DNA of 63,681 bases, counting the filler, from Octopus bimaculoides (taxonomy: Eukaryota), in NCBI RefSeq assembly GCF_001194135.2. It is 7 parts of 5 records of this genome, joined end to end, with 100 filler letters (N's around TTAATTAATTAA, not from the genome) between each part and the next. Parts side by side here need not be neighbours in the genome. Positions count along the whole stretch, not along the records: positions 8,999 to 14,742 come from NC_068981.1; positions 14,843 to 31,493 come from NC_068995.1; 5 more parts are not named here. The stretch is one strand, 5' to 3'. Made by a program: the position numbers and the translations under genes. The notes beneath the pieces are model-generated. The model did not search any database. It was given only the letters and a program-made list of their open reading frames with translations, and was not told the origin of the DNA. Shown one piece after another: positions 11,319-23,896 of the stretch (the stretch's first letter is position 1; the number at the start of each line of letters is the position of its first letter).

Positions 11319-13168
11319 GGCATGTACAAACTTCATTAACTTCAGTGGTGGTCGACAAGTCATACTGAAAGAAACAAGTGTGCAATTGAAATATTAAAAA
11401 AAGGGAATTTAGTTTAAGGTTTCTCAGCTCTTTAGATAGTCGCTTTCGCTTGTAATGGTATGTTTAGGGATCAGATGTATTTATAATTTTTTTTCTGCGA
11501 ACGGATCTGATTTTTGATTCATTGAAAAATTGATGACGTTTTTCTTCCGTGGTCAAGCTTGTCGTTCTGCTTGGTTGGTTTCCTTGTGGATACGGTTATA
11601 GGTCGTTCCAGTTGGTTGGTTCTCTTAAAGGGTCATTTCGTTGTATTCGCTGAAGGTCGGTTTTGATTGGTCTGGAATTATGTGACATCAGCAACTGGTG
11701 CTTGTGGAATTTCATTGGATTGGAGGTGGGTGACGTCGGCATCTTGTGTTTGTGTGGTGGTTTGGAGTTGCGGTTTCGAAACCCGGATGGAAGATTGTTA
11801 CTAAAATTTTGTTGTCTTTTTGTGTGTTAAAATTGAGTCTTTTTTCTCTTCTTTATACTGCTTTTTCTTCTTTCTAAGTTGTGGTTTATATTTTTTAATC
11901 AGTATGTTTTCCTTATTTAAATGGAATTGGGTTGAAGTGTTTCCAGTGCATTGATAGAGAGGGAAGATTTGGTATTTAGGGTTTTTGTCTACGGGTCATT
12001 GGTCTAGGGGCTGGCTAACGGGAATTTTCCTAGTGGTGGGGTCCCGGATTTGTTGTCTGTACACCGTAAGTCTATCCCTCAAAGCTAAACTTTTTTGACC
12101 AATGTAGTCTCCACCACAACCTCCACATTTAAGAACATCGATTAAGTTCTTCGAAGCACAGGTGAAGTCATATTTTATGGTAAACTTTTGGCCTGACTTA
12201 AATTTGTATGTTGAACCCTCTAAGAGAAAGGTGCAAGTTCCGCAGTTAGGGCGGTTGCACTTTTTGACTTGTGGGGTTGTATTTTTGGTGGGTAATTTGG
12301 CGCTGGTGAGTAATTTTTTTTTATAGATTGTGGTTGTCTCTTACTTTTAATAATCCTATGTGTTTCTAGTGAGTTTTTCATTCGTGGGTCCTCCATAAGG
12401 AGGGGTATGTTTGGTGGATGATGTTGTATGCTTCGTTGTTTCTTGAATTGTGTGTTGATACGTAAGATAGAGTTTTAAGTGTGTTATGGTGTTTTCTTGT
12501 TTTCCGTAACTCTTGGATGTCTATCATTTTTACACGTTCTATTCCATTTTCGATTAGACTTACCGGGTATTTCTATCTAGTAATGAAGTTTTAAGTTCTT
12601 GGAGTCGCTTTTCTCGGGTTTTGGGATTTGATGCAATCGTGCAAATTCTTCTCGCTAAGTTGAACGGTATATTTATTTTAGTATGTTTTGGGTGGCAAGA
12701 GGAGAATAGAAGATATTGTTTTGAGTATTTGGTTTGAAGAAGACGACGGTTTCACTCTCAATATCTCTCTTTATTATTAAGATGTCCAGGAAGGGTAGTT
12801 GTTGGTGGTTGTATTCCATAGTGAATTGGATACTGTGGTTAATGCCGTTGATTAAGTTTTTAAATTTTGCGAGTTTTTCAATGTTATGTGGCCAAAGGAT
12901 GAAACAGTCATCCAGATAGCATTTCCATCAAACAATCATCCAGGTAGCGTTTCCATCAATTTTTCAACGAATCAAAAATCAGATCCACTCGCAGAAAAAA
13001 ATTTATAAATACATCTGATCCCTAAACATACCATTACAAGCGAAAGCGACTATCTAAAGATCTGAGAAACCTTAAACGAAATTCCCTTTTTTTACTATTT
13101 CAATTCTCACACTTGTTTTTTTCAGTATGACTTGTCGACCACCACTGAAGTTAATGAATCTTGTGCAT
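11319..13168 (-). mobile_element. 5'-truncated Penelope-like element (Neptune-like): RT C-half plus GIY-YIG, flanked by ~215-bp inverted pseudo-LTRs; frameshifted
   Basis: Minus translations WKCYLDDCFILW...IQFTMEYNHQQLPFLDILI; SSCHPKHTKINIPFNLARRIC; KKCNRPNCGTC (Cys linker); TCASKNLIDVLKCGGCGGDYIGQ...LRDRL; NKENILIKKYKPQL. 11319-11534 is the reverse complement of 12955-~13168. Confidence 0.9.
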
Positions 13169-13588
13169 TCTAACAAATTAATATACAGTTTTAATTTCAA
13201 ACTTACACCTGTTTTGACCATGATAACTTATCAACATTGAAACATTTTAGTTTGTCAACATTGAATCATTTTGATTTGTCAACATTGAAACTTTTAGTGA
13301 TGTTTTTCTAATTTTAAACTTTTACCATTGATAAACAAAAACATATTGTTGAAACTAGTTTGGTATATATGTAAATAAATGTATTTTAAACATTTACGAG
13401 CTTTTGAAATTTAAGTGCATTTTCAACAACACATTTTCCTATATTGTTTTTCCTGCATGGAAACAGCACTCCCTCTTTGCTATACATATATATATATATA
13501 TATATACCTACATATATGTGAGTGAGCGTGTGTCTGTGTGTGTCTGTGTGTGTCTGTGTGTGTCTGTGTGTGTCTGTGTTTAGTAGTG

Positions 13589-13622
<34 letters not shown>

Positions 13623-13991
13623 AGATAAAATTGCATCTGGTCAGACAATGTAATTGGTATATTGAATAAGTGCTCGGGTTGGTTTACCGACAAAACTTGA
13701 ACTGCGACTAAATCAAAAGTGGTGTTGTAGCCGTCTAACAATGAATAGTTGTAAGTGGTTTATCACTGAGTGGGTAGATATATATTAGAAAGAAAGCATG
13801 GACAAGCAAAACATGTGGTATCACTTTAGAGCGTGTAATCATAACTCAAACATAATTGCAAAGTTGGTAGAGTAAATAACGGATAAAGAAGTCATGCATA
13901 AAGTCTCTTACAATGGTTTCTGGATTAGCAGTGCATGTAGTGCATGTTTCTTTGAGCAAAGAATTTCATATAAAATCCGTCTTGAGAGCCG

Positions 13992-14070
13992 AAGAATTAA
14001 GGAATATCCTTCTTCAACGACGAAACTAGTAACTACTACTATTCTTTGTTAAGGATATTCCTTAATTCTT
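13992..14070. repeat. Perfect 20-bp inverted repeat with 39-nt spacer
   Basis: AAGAATTAAGGAATATCCTT / AAGGATATTCCTTAATTCTT. Confidence 0.9.
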
Positions 14071-14842
14071 CCACTCTGGAGGTAGTATAGTTGGATTTTA
14101 TATGGAAATCCTTGCTGGACGGAATTGGCACCATATGCACAGCCATTTCAGAAACAGCTGTAAGAGACATTATGCACAACTTCTTAATCCCTTATTCAAT
14201 TTAACAACTCTACAATTATGTTTGAATTATGAACTACATGCTATACCTATCACATGTTTTACTTCTTCATTCTTTCATATTAATGTGTGTGTGTGTATCT
14301 CGATGATGGCCAAGCAGGCCGAAACTTCGAAGTCACTGTCAATGATATTCTTGTTTAGAAATGATAAATTTATACCCCATCAAATGTATTGAATAATTCT
14401 TTAATATAAATATACACATATATACATACACACACACACACATACATACATACATACATACATACATACATACATACATGACGACCGCTCCATCTTGACA
14501 GACGATAGCCATCCCATCAACAATCCACACATATCATCACGCAGTACAATCCCTCCGTTGGTGAGCCCTCAAGTGACTTTGAAGTCCGGCTGCTGAGCGA
14601 CAAGGTCTACAGCACAGATGACAAATGTTCAGGCCTCTCGATCCTTGCTCGCTGGTATCTGATTCTAAGGAAACGTTTCTGTGAACCAGCATATGTCTCT
14701 TAAGTCCGGGTATTGTTTTACAAACCTTGTGACATATGCCACNNNNNNNNNNNNNNNNNNNNNNNNNNNNNNNNNNNNNNNNNNNNTTAATTAATTAANN
14801 NNNNNNNNNNNNNNNNNNNNNNNNNNNNNNNNNNNNNNNNNN

Positions 14843-15210
14843 CAGAGATTTAACATTGCTTGTTTTCACTTTTTCGATATCAGTGAATAACTTCACTGGA
14901 AAAAGACTTATATATTGCCAAGGGATTGTCATTCTCATCAAAGGTCGGCAATTATCGTACGCTGAAGAAGGGAAATAACCCTGAAACTCGGGTCCGTACG
15001 TATCGCAGATCAAGATGGGAAGGATAACTTCCCTTGGCAAAAATAGACAGGACACAGATATGTGTCGATAAGCCAGCTGGAGGAGATGTTCTCCTGGGGC
15101 TAAAAGCAACAGTAACATCCACCCTTAGGGGTCAGCCACATTTAAATGGCAAATATACTTCACTTTATCGTGCAGTTACTGTTAACACCTCGCTCAGAGA
15201 TTTAACATTG
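14843..15210 (+). mobile_element. Putative non-LTR retrozyme: 352-bp structured monomer plus 16-bp terminal redundancy
   Basis: CAGAGATTTAACATTG occurs at 14843 and 15195 (period 352). The unit contains a canonical hammerhead and many hairpins and ends in (TA)n. The left side is cut by an assembly linker. Confidence 0.65.
14956..15000 (+). ncRNA. Canonical type-I hammerhead ribozyme
   Basis: CGUACG-CUGAAGA-AGGG(aaauaa)CCCU-GAAAC-ucgg-GUC^-CGUACG. All conserved core nucleotides are present. Predicted cleavage 3' of C14994. Confidence 0.9.
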
Positions 15211-15211
15211 T

Positions 15212-15248
<37 letters not shown>

Positions 15249-15398
15249 GTATGTATGTGTACATATATTTATATGTGCATGTATGTATATATATATATGT
15301 GTGTATATAGATATAATACAAATTATATATATACACACACACATAATATACATACATAAAGTACATATGTATATATATGTATGTATATNNNNNNNNNN

Positions 15399-15434
<36 letters not shown>

Positions 15435-15850
15435 GCATAAACTATAATGATTGCATCTATTCGTGCAATGCCACGACGCAGAAGCATTGATGAGGTGTCG
15501 ATATCTCTTGAAGGCAATTTACTTTACACTTATACTATTACACCTGATTTAAGAATCACACGCTGAATACCTTGTTGTGTCTGCTTTAGTTCGAAGCCAA
15601 AGCGTTCGAAAATATACCGATGATTGCACGATGCAATTGTTCGCTATAGACTACATTGTGTATTTTGTCTATTTATTTCTTCCTTGATTTCTCTGGCAAG
15701 ACGTTTTTGTTGAATTGCTTTATATAGTATGACGAAATATCAATATGTTTCTATATCTAATAAATTCACAGTCTCTGTTAAAGACATATTGCAATATTCT
15801 TCTCAGCAGTGATCTACATAATATCTAGATAAATACATACATACATACAG

Positions 15851-15896
<46 letters not shown>

Positions 15897-15937
15897 CCAG
15901 AATTTCCACGTATACACAGACGTAGAGGCGTACATGT

Positions 15938-15977
<40 letters not shown>

Positions 15978-16574
15978 GGATGGATGGATGGAACTATGCG
16001 ATCTTCGTTTCTTTGTTTTTAAGAATATACTTAATAGTAGATTTCAAATCAAATAATATCGAATAATATTTACTTTTCTCCTCATTGTGTCTCCTATTTG
16101 ATCTTATTACTCTCCCCACAATTTTTAAGTCTTCAATATTGGATGGAAACAAATCGAACTACATTTTATTATAAGATATCTCAGTTATACGTCGTCTTCG
16201 ATTTCTTCAGCACATCTTGCATTATTGTCCACCAATCGCTTTCAATCTTTTATTCATATAAGTTATCTCAACGTTCGGTTCATTACGTCGCCATTGCATC
16301 CTAATGCGGAGGAATCGGAGGTATTTTCAAAGATAATCAGAAAAAAAATGTTTGCTGATATGAACAGTTAAGACATTCAGAAGAGATAATTTTTTATAGA
16401 GACAGACAGGCTTCTTTTGTGTTGTGTGGTCGTTAGAGGCTCCCCATGCATATGCTCGCTTATGCAACTGTCGCTACAAGAGCCTTTTTTATATAGGGAA
16501 AGGATATCTCTCCATGCAGTGATATCCTTGCAAAGCTATCCAATGATTATCCAAGGGAAATGCCATCCACTTGG

Positions 16575-16830
16575 GTCATATGGTTCCGGGTTCAGTCACA
16601 CTCCGTGGCACCTTTGTTGTGTGTCTTCTACTTACAGACACGAGCCGACCAAAGTCTTGTGAGAAGATTCGGTCTAAGGAAACTGAAAGTAACCCGTCGT
16701 ATGCATACATAGATACACACACATATACATACATACACTCAGACATACACATATATGTGTGTCTACTTGTGTGTGTGAGTGTGTGTGTGTGCGCGTGTGT
16801 ATGTGTTGTTCGTTGCCACCGCTTGATGAC
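16575..16830 (+). mobile_element. SINE family B, diverged
   Basis: ATGGTTCCGGGTTCAGTCACACTCCGTGGCACC...GGAAACTGAAAGTAACCCGTCG...CACCGCTTGA. Confidence 0.75.
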
Positions 16831-19285
16831 ATCCCCACAATATAGCAGTTCGTCATAAGAAACCAATAGAATTAGTACCAGGTTTTCAATGTCTTTCGGG
16901 GCTTCAATCAATTCTTCTTTACCTCACTGTATTTCTTCCAACTACCAGCGATCGTAGCTGTAACTCCTTATAGTCCAACCATACTTTCTAATTTCCAGGT
17001 TCAGTAAACGTTGTAAAACTAAAGGTCACTGTTCAGTTCTTTCGTATGTCGTAATATGTCTGGATTGACAGTTGTTGACAACATGATTTCTTTTACGAAG
17101 CACCCTATGGCAGGAAAAGAAATAAAAAAAAGAAAAGAAACACCCCCCTTGTATTCTCCGATGTAAATTCTATGAAGACTAAATTCAGCATGATAAGATA
17201 ATCACGATGCTTAACACGAGCTTCAGATCATGGCTAATACTTTGTGTTACCTTATTTGGTATCAAGGTTACATGTAGAGGTCTTACTGAAATAGTAACGA
17301 CCAAAGTAAGTTACATCATTTATCTACATCAAGTTAAGGTAAAATATGGCAACGGTGCTGTTTGGACTTTCATCGTTCCATACTATATTGCTAAGCGTTA
17401 TATTATCCACTGGACAAGGTATAGATTTTGTGAATTTTGGTTACCATAACGAAACTCTCGTCTCGTTATTTGAAGTGGTTTCTCTGAAAGTTTGGATTGT
17501 TTTCTTTTATTATTTGAGAATGTGACACTTTCTCGAAATATTATAGAAACATTAAGAAGATCATGTAAGATATTACAATATCTTTTATTCTTTGGCATCG
17601 CATTTTGAAGAATTTACTTGTTTTTCCCAAATTATGCCAAGCGTTGGAAATTATGTCAGTCAGCAAAGGCGGACGTGGACCAAATACACGGAAATAAGGG
17701 CAAGTTAAACAATGGCCCTGCCACTGCCTAATGAATAATGGCACCATATGTCTAAAGAAGTGAAAAAAAAAACTTCAGCAATTCTTCTAAGGAATGCTTA
17801 AAAGGCAAGCCCTTCAGTGATGAAAGACGCTACAGCAACGATTTTGTTTACCACGTTTGGGCGTCAATACACTTCGTTATAAAACGTATGTTATAGTTCG
17901 CCCGTTTATTATTCCTCTTTATTTTCTTTCTTATTTGTTTCTTATTTCTCATTCCTCATCTTTCTAATGTTCTTTCATTTTTGTATTGTTTTATCTGTCT
18001 ACGAAACATGTATAAGTAAATATGCATACACACACGCACATATACATACATACGTATAGATATATATATTCACATACATATATATACTTATTTACATATT
18101 TACATATATGTATATATAATTAGAATTATATATACATATACACATACAGACACACTCACACACATACATACATACATACATACATACATACCCATGCACA
18201 TACGCTTACTCAGAGAAACACCGATATTCCTAAGAACACTTGCGAAGTAGAAGTAAATTGTATACTTCGTTTATCGAACTGAAATATTTCGTATTTCGTA
18301 TCTATTGATTTTCTTTACTATTTTGCATTCATTTACATTTGATAAGTATACACACGGACATATATACAGAAGCAGATACCTATGAAACACAATGAGCCAT
18401 AAACAAATATGTATATAGCCATAAGAATACGCATATATATATATATATATATATATANNNNNNNNNNNNNNNNNNNNNNNNNNNNNNNNNNNNNNNNNNN
18501 NNNNNNNNNNNNNNNNNNNNNNNNNNNNNNNNNNNNNNNNNNNNNNNNNNNNNNNNNNNNNNNNNNNNNNNNNNNNNNNNNNNNNNNNNNNNNNNNNNNN
18601 NNNNNNNNNNNNNNNNNNNNNNNNNNNNNNNNNNNNNNNNNNNNNNNNNNNNNNNNNNNNNNNNNNNNNNNNNNNNNNNNNNNNNNNNNNNNNNNNNNNN
18701 NNNNNNNNNNNNNNNNNNNNNNNNNNNNNNNNNNNNNNNNNNNNNNNNNNNNNNNNNNNNNNNNNNNNNNNNNNNNNNNNNNNNNNNNNNNNNNNNNNNN
18801 NNNNNNNNNNNNNNNNNNNNNNNNNNNNNNNNNNNNNNNNNNNNNNNNNNNNNNNNNNNNNNNNNNNNNNNNNNNNNNNNNNNNNNNNNNNNNNNNNNNN
18901 NNNNNNNNNNNNNNNNNNNNNNNNNNNNNNNNNNNNNNNNNNNNNNNNNNNNNNNNNNNNNNNNNNNNNNNNNNNNNNNNNNNNNNNNNNNNNNNNNNNN
19001 NNNNNNNNNNNNNNNNNNNNNNNNNNNNNNNNNNNNNNNNNNNNNNNNNNNNNNNNNNNNNNNNNNNNNNNNNNNNNNNNNNNNNNNNNNNNNNNNNNNN
19101 NNNNNNNNNNNNNNNNNNNNNNNNNNNNNNNNNNNNNNNNNNNNNNNNNNNNNNNNNNNNNNNNNNNNNNNNNNNNNNNNNNNNNNNNNNNNNNNNNNNN
19201 NNNNNNNNNNNNNNNNNNNNNNNNNNNNNNNNNNNNNNNNNNNNNNNNNNNNNNNNNNNNNNNNNNNNNNNNNNNNNNNNNNNNN

Positions 19286-19320
<35 letters not shown>

Positions 19321-19742
19321 TACGTCTGTATGTATATGTACATATATACTATACACACACGTATAAAACGCACCAATTAAACACTTCTTATTTACGTAAT
19401 GTTTGCCAACTGGGCGAAGTATGAAATCAATGATATTGGGAAAATATTAGTATGTTTTCTTTATATTTCATTGTTGGTTTTATTGTTATTGTTTTTGATT
19501 GTTTTATTTATTGCTTTTGTTTTCGTTCTCGCTGTTGTTGTTGTTGTCGTTCGTGTTGCTTTGCCTCATTCTGGTTGTGTTCTTGGTTGTACTAACAGTA
19601 ATGGCGGTGATGAAGTAATAGATGCTAATGCTGTTATTTCACGTTTATTTTTCACTTACTCTATGTTTTATATTAGTCTTGCTTGAAATATGTTATGTCT
19701 CTGTGTATGTGTATACGTAATCACATACACACACTTATATAA

Positions 19743-19774
<32 letters not shown>

Positions 19775-20333
19775 CGAGGGAAGGGGAAATATAAAAATGA
19801 GTGTTGAGGCACAAACACATAATTATATACATAGAGATATACGTGCGTACATACATATGTGTGTGTGTGTATCTATATGCGTATGTGTATGTATATATAT
19901 ATATATATATATATANNNNNNNNNNNNNNNNNNNNNNNNNNNNNNNNNNNNNNNNNNNNNNNNNNNNNNNNNNNNNNNNNNNNNNNNNNNNNNNNNNNNN
20001 NNNNNNNNNNNNNNNNNNNNNNNNNNNNNNNNNNNNNNNNNNNNNNNNNNNNNNNNNNNNNNNNNNNNNNNNNNNNNNNNNNNNNNNNNNNNNNNNNNNN
20101 NNNNNNNNNNNNNNNNNNNNNNNNNNNNNNNNNNNNNNNNNNNNNNNNNNNNNNNNNNNNNNNNNNNNNNNNNNNNNNNNNNNNNNNNNNNNNNNNNNNN
20201 NNNNNNNNNNNNNNNNNNNNNNNNNNNNNNNNNNNNNNNNNNNNNNNNNNNNNNNNNNNNNNNNNNNNNNNNNNNNNNNNNNNNNNNNNNNNNNNNNNNN
20301 NNNNNNNNNNNNNNNNNNNNNNNNNNNNNNNNN

Positions 20334-20375
<42 letters not shown>

Positions 20376-22802
20376 GTGTGTATGTGTTTGTGTGTGTGTT
20401 TGTGTGTGTGTAAATATATACATATATATGTATGCGTGTGCGTGATATGTGTGTGTGCAGATATAAATAAATATACATAAATATACATATAAATATACAT
20501 ATAAATAAATATACTATTTGACGATGGCTTGCATAAACGACGATGAGAGAAAGAGGCACTCAGTGTGAGGGGGAGGGTATATAATTCCTGTCTATTGTGA
20601 TAGAAGACAGGGAGAAGTGATCTATTGTATGCATGTGTCGGTATGTGTGTGAAAGAGGGAGAGAAAATGATCGAGAGGGAGGAATGGTGAGAGAGAATAT
20701 AAGCGAGAGATTGACGTCGATCGCAAATCATAGTGATCACAAAACGAAATCAATATAATTTACATATCTACCTTAGTGTGTATTTAGAATTTCTCCGGAT
20801 TTTTCAGAACATGTTTGTTTATCTTTCCTCATTGTACATTCGCCATCTTCCCCAAATATCTTTAAGTTGTTTTCAGTCATATTAATCTTATGTGCCTGGG
20901 TTTCCCTAGCATTTACGATTCTAACCGGATTGATTTCTCTTTTCACTGTGAAATACACACTCTAAAGAGAACGGTGTCGTTTATCAAAGTAACTGCACAT
21001 TTATACTACCAATCGTTTCTTTGGTTACAGATATTAGTTATAGCATGTCGTCTGTTATTCGTGTCCATCCCAAATCAGGATTTCTTCAAAAAATGGATTA
21101 CGTCTGAGAATCTCAAGCGTGTCTTGGTGGTGTTTGCGATTTAATGCTGGATGAATTTGTCCAAAGCTCAACTCTCACAGCCGTAGATATTACAATAAGC
21201 TGTGTAGAAACAATATTACAGCGATGACGTCGTTAAATAATCCTGTCATTAATTAAATGGATACATGTTTCCAAAAATTCATTTGGTAATTTTTGTAAAC
21301 GAAATAAAGTACATCGCTAAACACTTAAACAATGGCATTATAAGTATGACCTAACGAAGGAATTGTACAAATATTGCCGCTATTTTATAAATGAAACGCG
21401 GGGAAAGATTTGAATATACGTTAATGATTCCTGTTCGCGAGGTAAACATAGTCAAATTTGGATCCTTTTACCTGCTTATAAATACTTGAAATAATTTGCC
21501 ATTAATTCAAACTCACCCTCTTTTAATAAGTGGCAAAGGCCTAAGTGAATTCTGTTACTTGACATGCCAGAAACAGCAGCAAAATCTCTATGAAATTATA
21601 GTTTACTGTCTTAGAAAGAAATATGACGCCTTTTTAGGTAATGTGGTCATTGACAACTTTCACGGAGGCTAGTTGGCTGAGATGTTTAAGGATCCATTCT
21701 CATTATATCGTGGGTATACTTCTAGCTATATATGCACTGCATTCTAATCAATGTTAAACCAGTTTGATTCAGATTTCAAACATAACCTCCCCATCCAATC
21801 GCTTTCATACAAAAATCTTTAATACTATAGATCGATAATATTTAGCATAAAGCTCTCAATTTATAAAAATTATTTTAGAAGGGTGTCAGGTATTATATTA
21901 TGTTCCTGATATTTTGCTGCCATTGTTATGGGACCAAAGGATCATATTCACTGTGATGTGTTGCTAATTCCAGCGGGGAAACAATTTCAGGGTATGAAGA
22001 ATTTCAACGTTTAATAAATGATATATTTACAACTTCAGAAGTCATTTAACATGAATTAATTACTTTGAAGAACGTTAAAATATAAAGAGAAAAAAGGCAA
22101 TCGAAAGCAATTTCAATACCATTATCACTGTAATTTATCGTCTCTTGATTAGTGTTTTGATATCTAAAGGCGAAATGCTTTTTTTTTTTAAATCATATTT
22201 CTAATAATATATTTCATTACAGATAGCAACAATAATAGTGCTTTCAGGGCACTATTAAGATTTTTTGGAGGACAATTGTTGAAGAATTGCACACACATTC
22301 CCAAACGCCACACCAAAAAGAGATTTTTATAAATGTTTTTCATTGATGTATCTACGTTTTCTCTTCGTATTGTTGTTGCTGGTACTGAAGTATCTTAAGT
22401 ATTATTGTGGAACTTGCCATTGCAATGAATGCTACGGTTTNNNNNNNNNNNNNNNNNNNNNNNNNNNNNNNNNNNNNNNNNNNNNNNNNNNNNNNNNNNN
22501 NNNNNNNNNNNNNNNNNNNNNNNNNNNNNNNNNNNNNNNNNNNNNNNNNNNNNNNNNNNNNNNNNNNNNNNNNNNNNNNNNNNNNNNNNNNNNNNNNNNN
22601 NNNNNNNNNNNNNNNNNNNNNNNNNNNNNNNNNNNNNNNNNNNNNNNNNNNNNNNNNNNNNNNNNNNNNNNNNNNNNNNNNNNNNNNNNNNNNNNNNNNN
22701 NNNNNNNNNNNNNNNNNNNNNNNNNNNNNNNNNNNNNNNNNNNNNNNNNNNNNNNNNNNNNNNNNNNNNNNNNNNNNNNNNNNNNNNNNNGTTTCAAATT
22801 TT

Positions 22803-23218
22803 TGCACAAGGCCGGTAATTGAGTGGGAGGGGTTAAGTCTACTCCAGTACCTTTCTAGTATTTGCTTTATCTACCGCGAGAGGATAAAAGGCAGAATGGA
22901 CCTCAGTGACATTTGAACTCAGAAGGTAAAACCAGAAGAAATGCCGCTAAACATTTTGTCCGGCACGCTAACGATTCGGCCAGCTTGCTGCCTTATTATA
23001 TTTTAATATTCTTTTCTACTCCAGGCAAAAGACTCGAATTTTGTTTTTTGGTGAGGGGCCAATCGATTAGATCGATCCCAGAACGCAACTGGTACTTAAT
23101 TTATCGACCCCGAAAGGATGAAAGGCAAAGTTGACCTCGGTGGAATTTGAACTGAGAACGAAATACCACTAAGAATTTTGTCCAGCGTGTTAACCATTCT
23201 GCCAGGTTGCCGCTCTAT
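22803..23218 (-). mobile_element. Two adjacent SINE family A copies (~22803-22995 and ~23020-23218)
   Basis: Both carry the reverse complement of the family A core and of the tRNA-like head (TTCTGCCAG..TGCCGC). Confidence 0.85.
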
Positions 23219-23843
23219 TTTTATATTAAATATAAAACACTCGTCGGACAACCTGACGACTCCTTGCAGACTGGAACTTCAAAGTCACTATCACCCCTCT
23301 TCTTGCAAAATTATTCTAAGTATGTATACTACAAATAGTGGTGCCCCAGCATGGCCGCAGGCTAATGATTGAAACAAGCAAAAGAATAAAAAGTTATTTG
23401 TAATAGTTTTGCAACAAGTTTACACGTTATTTGAACGTGAAATAGTTTTAATTGAAACTCGATATAACAACATTCATGTAACAGTGTGTGTGTGTGTGTC
23501 TGTATGTGTGTGCGTGCGTGCGTGCGCGTGTGTATTTATATATGACCCATCGGAGTTCTCGCGTGCACTTGAGGGCGATCAAAGGTCGAAACGTTTGTAG
23601 TGCGATCTATTAAACAAATAATAGAAATAAAACTCTATACCCTCCAATTTGTGTGCGTGTCTACGTATGTATATGTATCTATATGCGTGTAAAATCTCAC
23701 AGGTATATAAAACTTACATTTTACGCATATATGCATATATGTGCGTATAAATATAATTCATTCTTAAATATATATGTATATATAGATATACATAATTCAT
23801 ACTTCAATATATATATAGAAAGATATACATAATTCATACTTCA

Positions 23844-23896
<53 letters not shown>

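Noticed and set aside
13225-13300. Short regularly spaced repeats (TCAACATTGAA x3; also CACCTGACAATTATTAATT x2 at ~50228)
   Set aside because: Simple slippage duplications without unique spacers or cas genes, so not CRISPR-like.
13680-13990. Possible further GIY-YIG remnant on the minus strand (CTTC-like motif)
   Set aside because: Needs multiple frameshifts and no YIG motif was recoverable by eye.
23568-23595. GAUC-aaa-GGUC-GAAACGUU hammerhead-like 3' half
   Set aside because: The 5' core (CUUGAGGGC) is too far from CUGANGA and there is no stem I.
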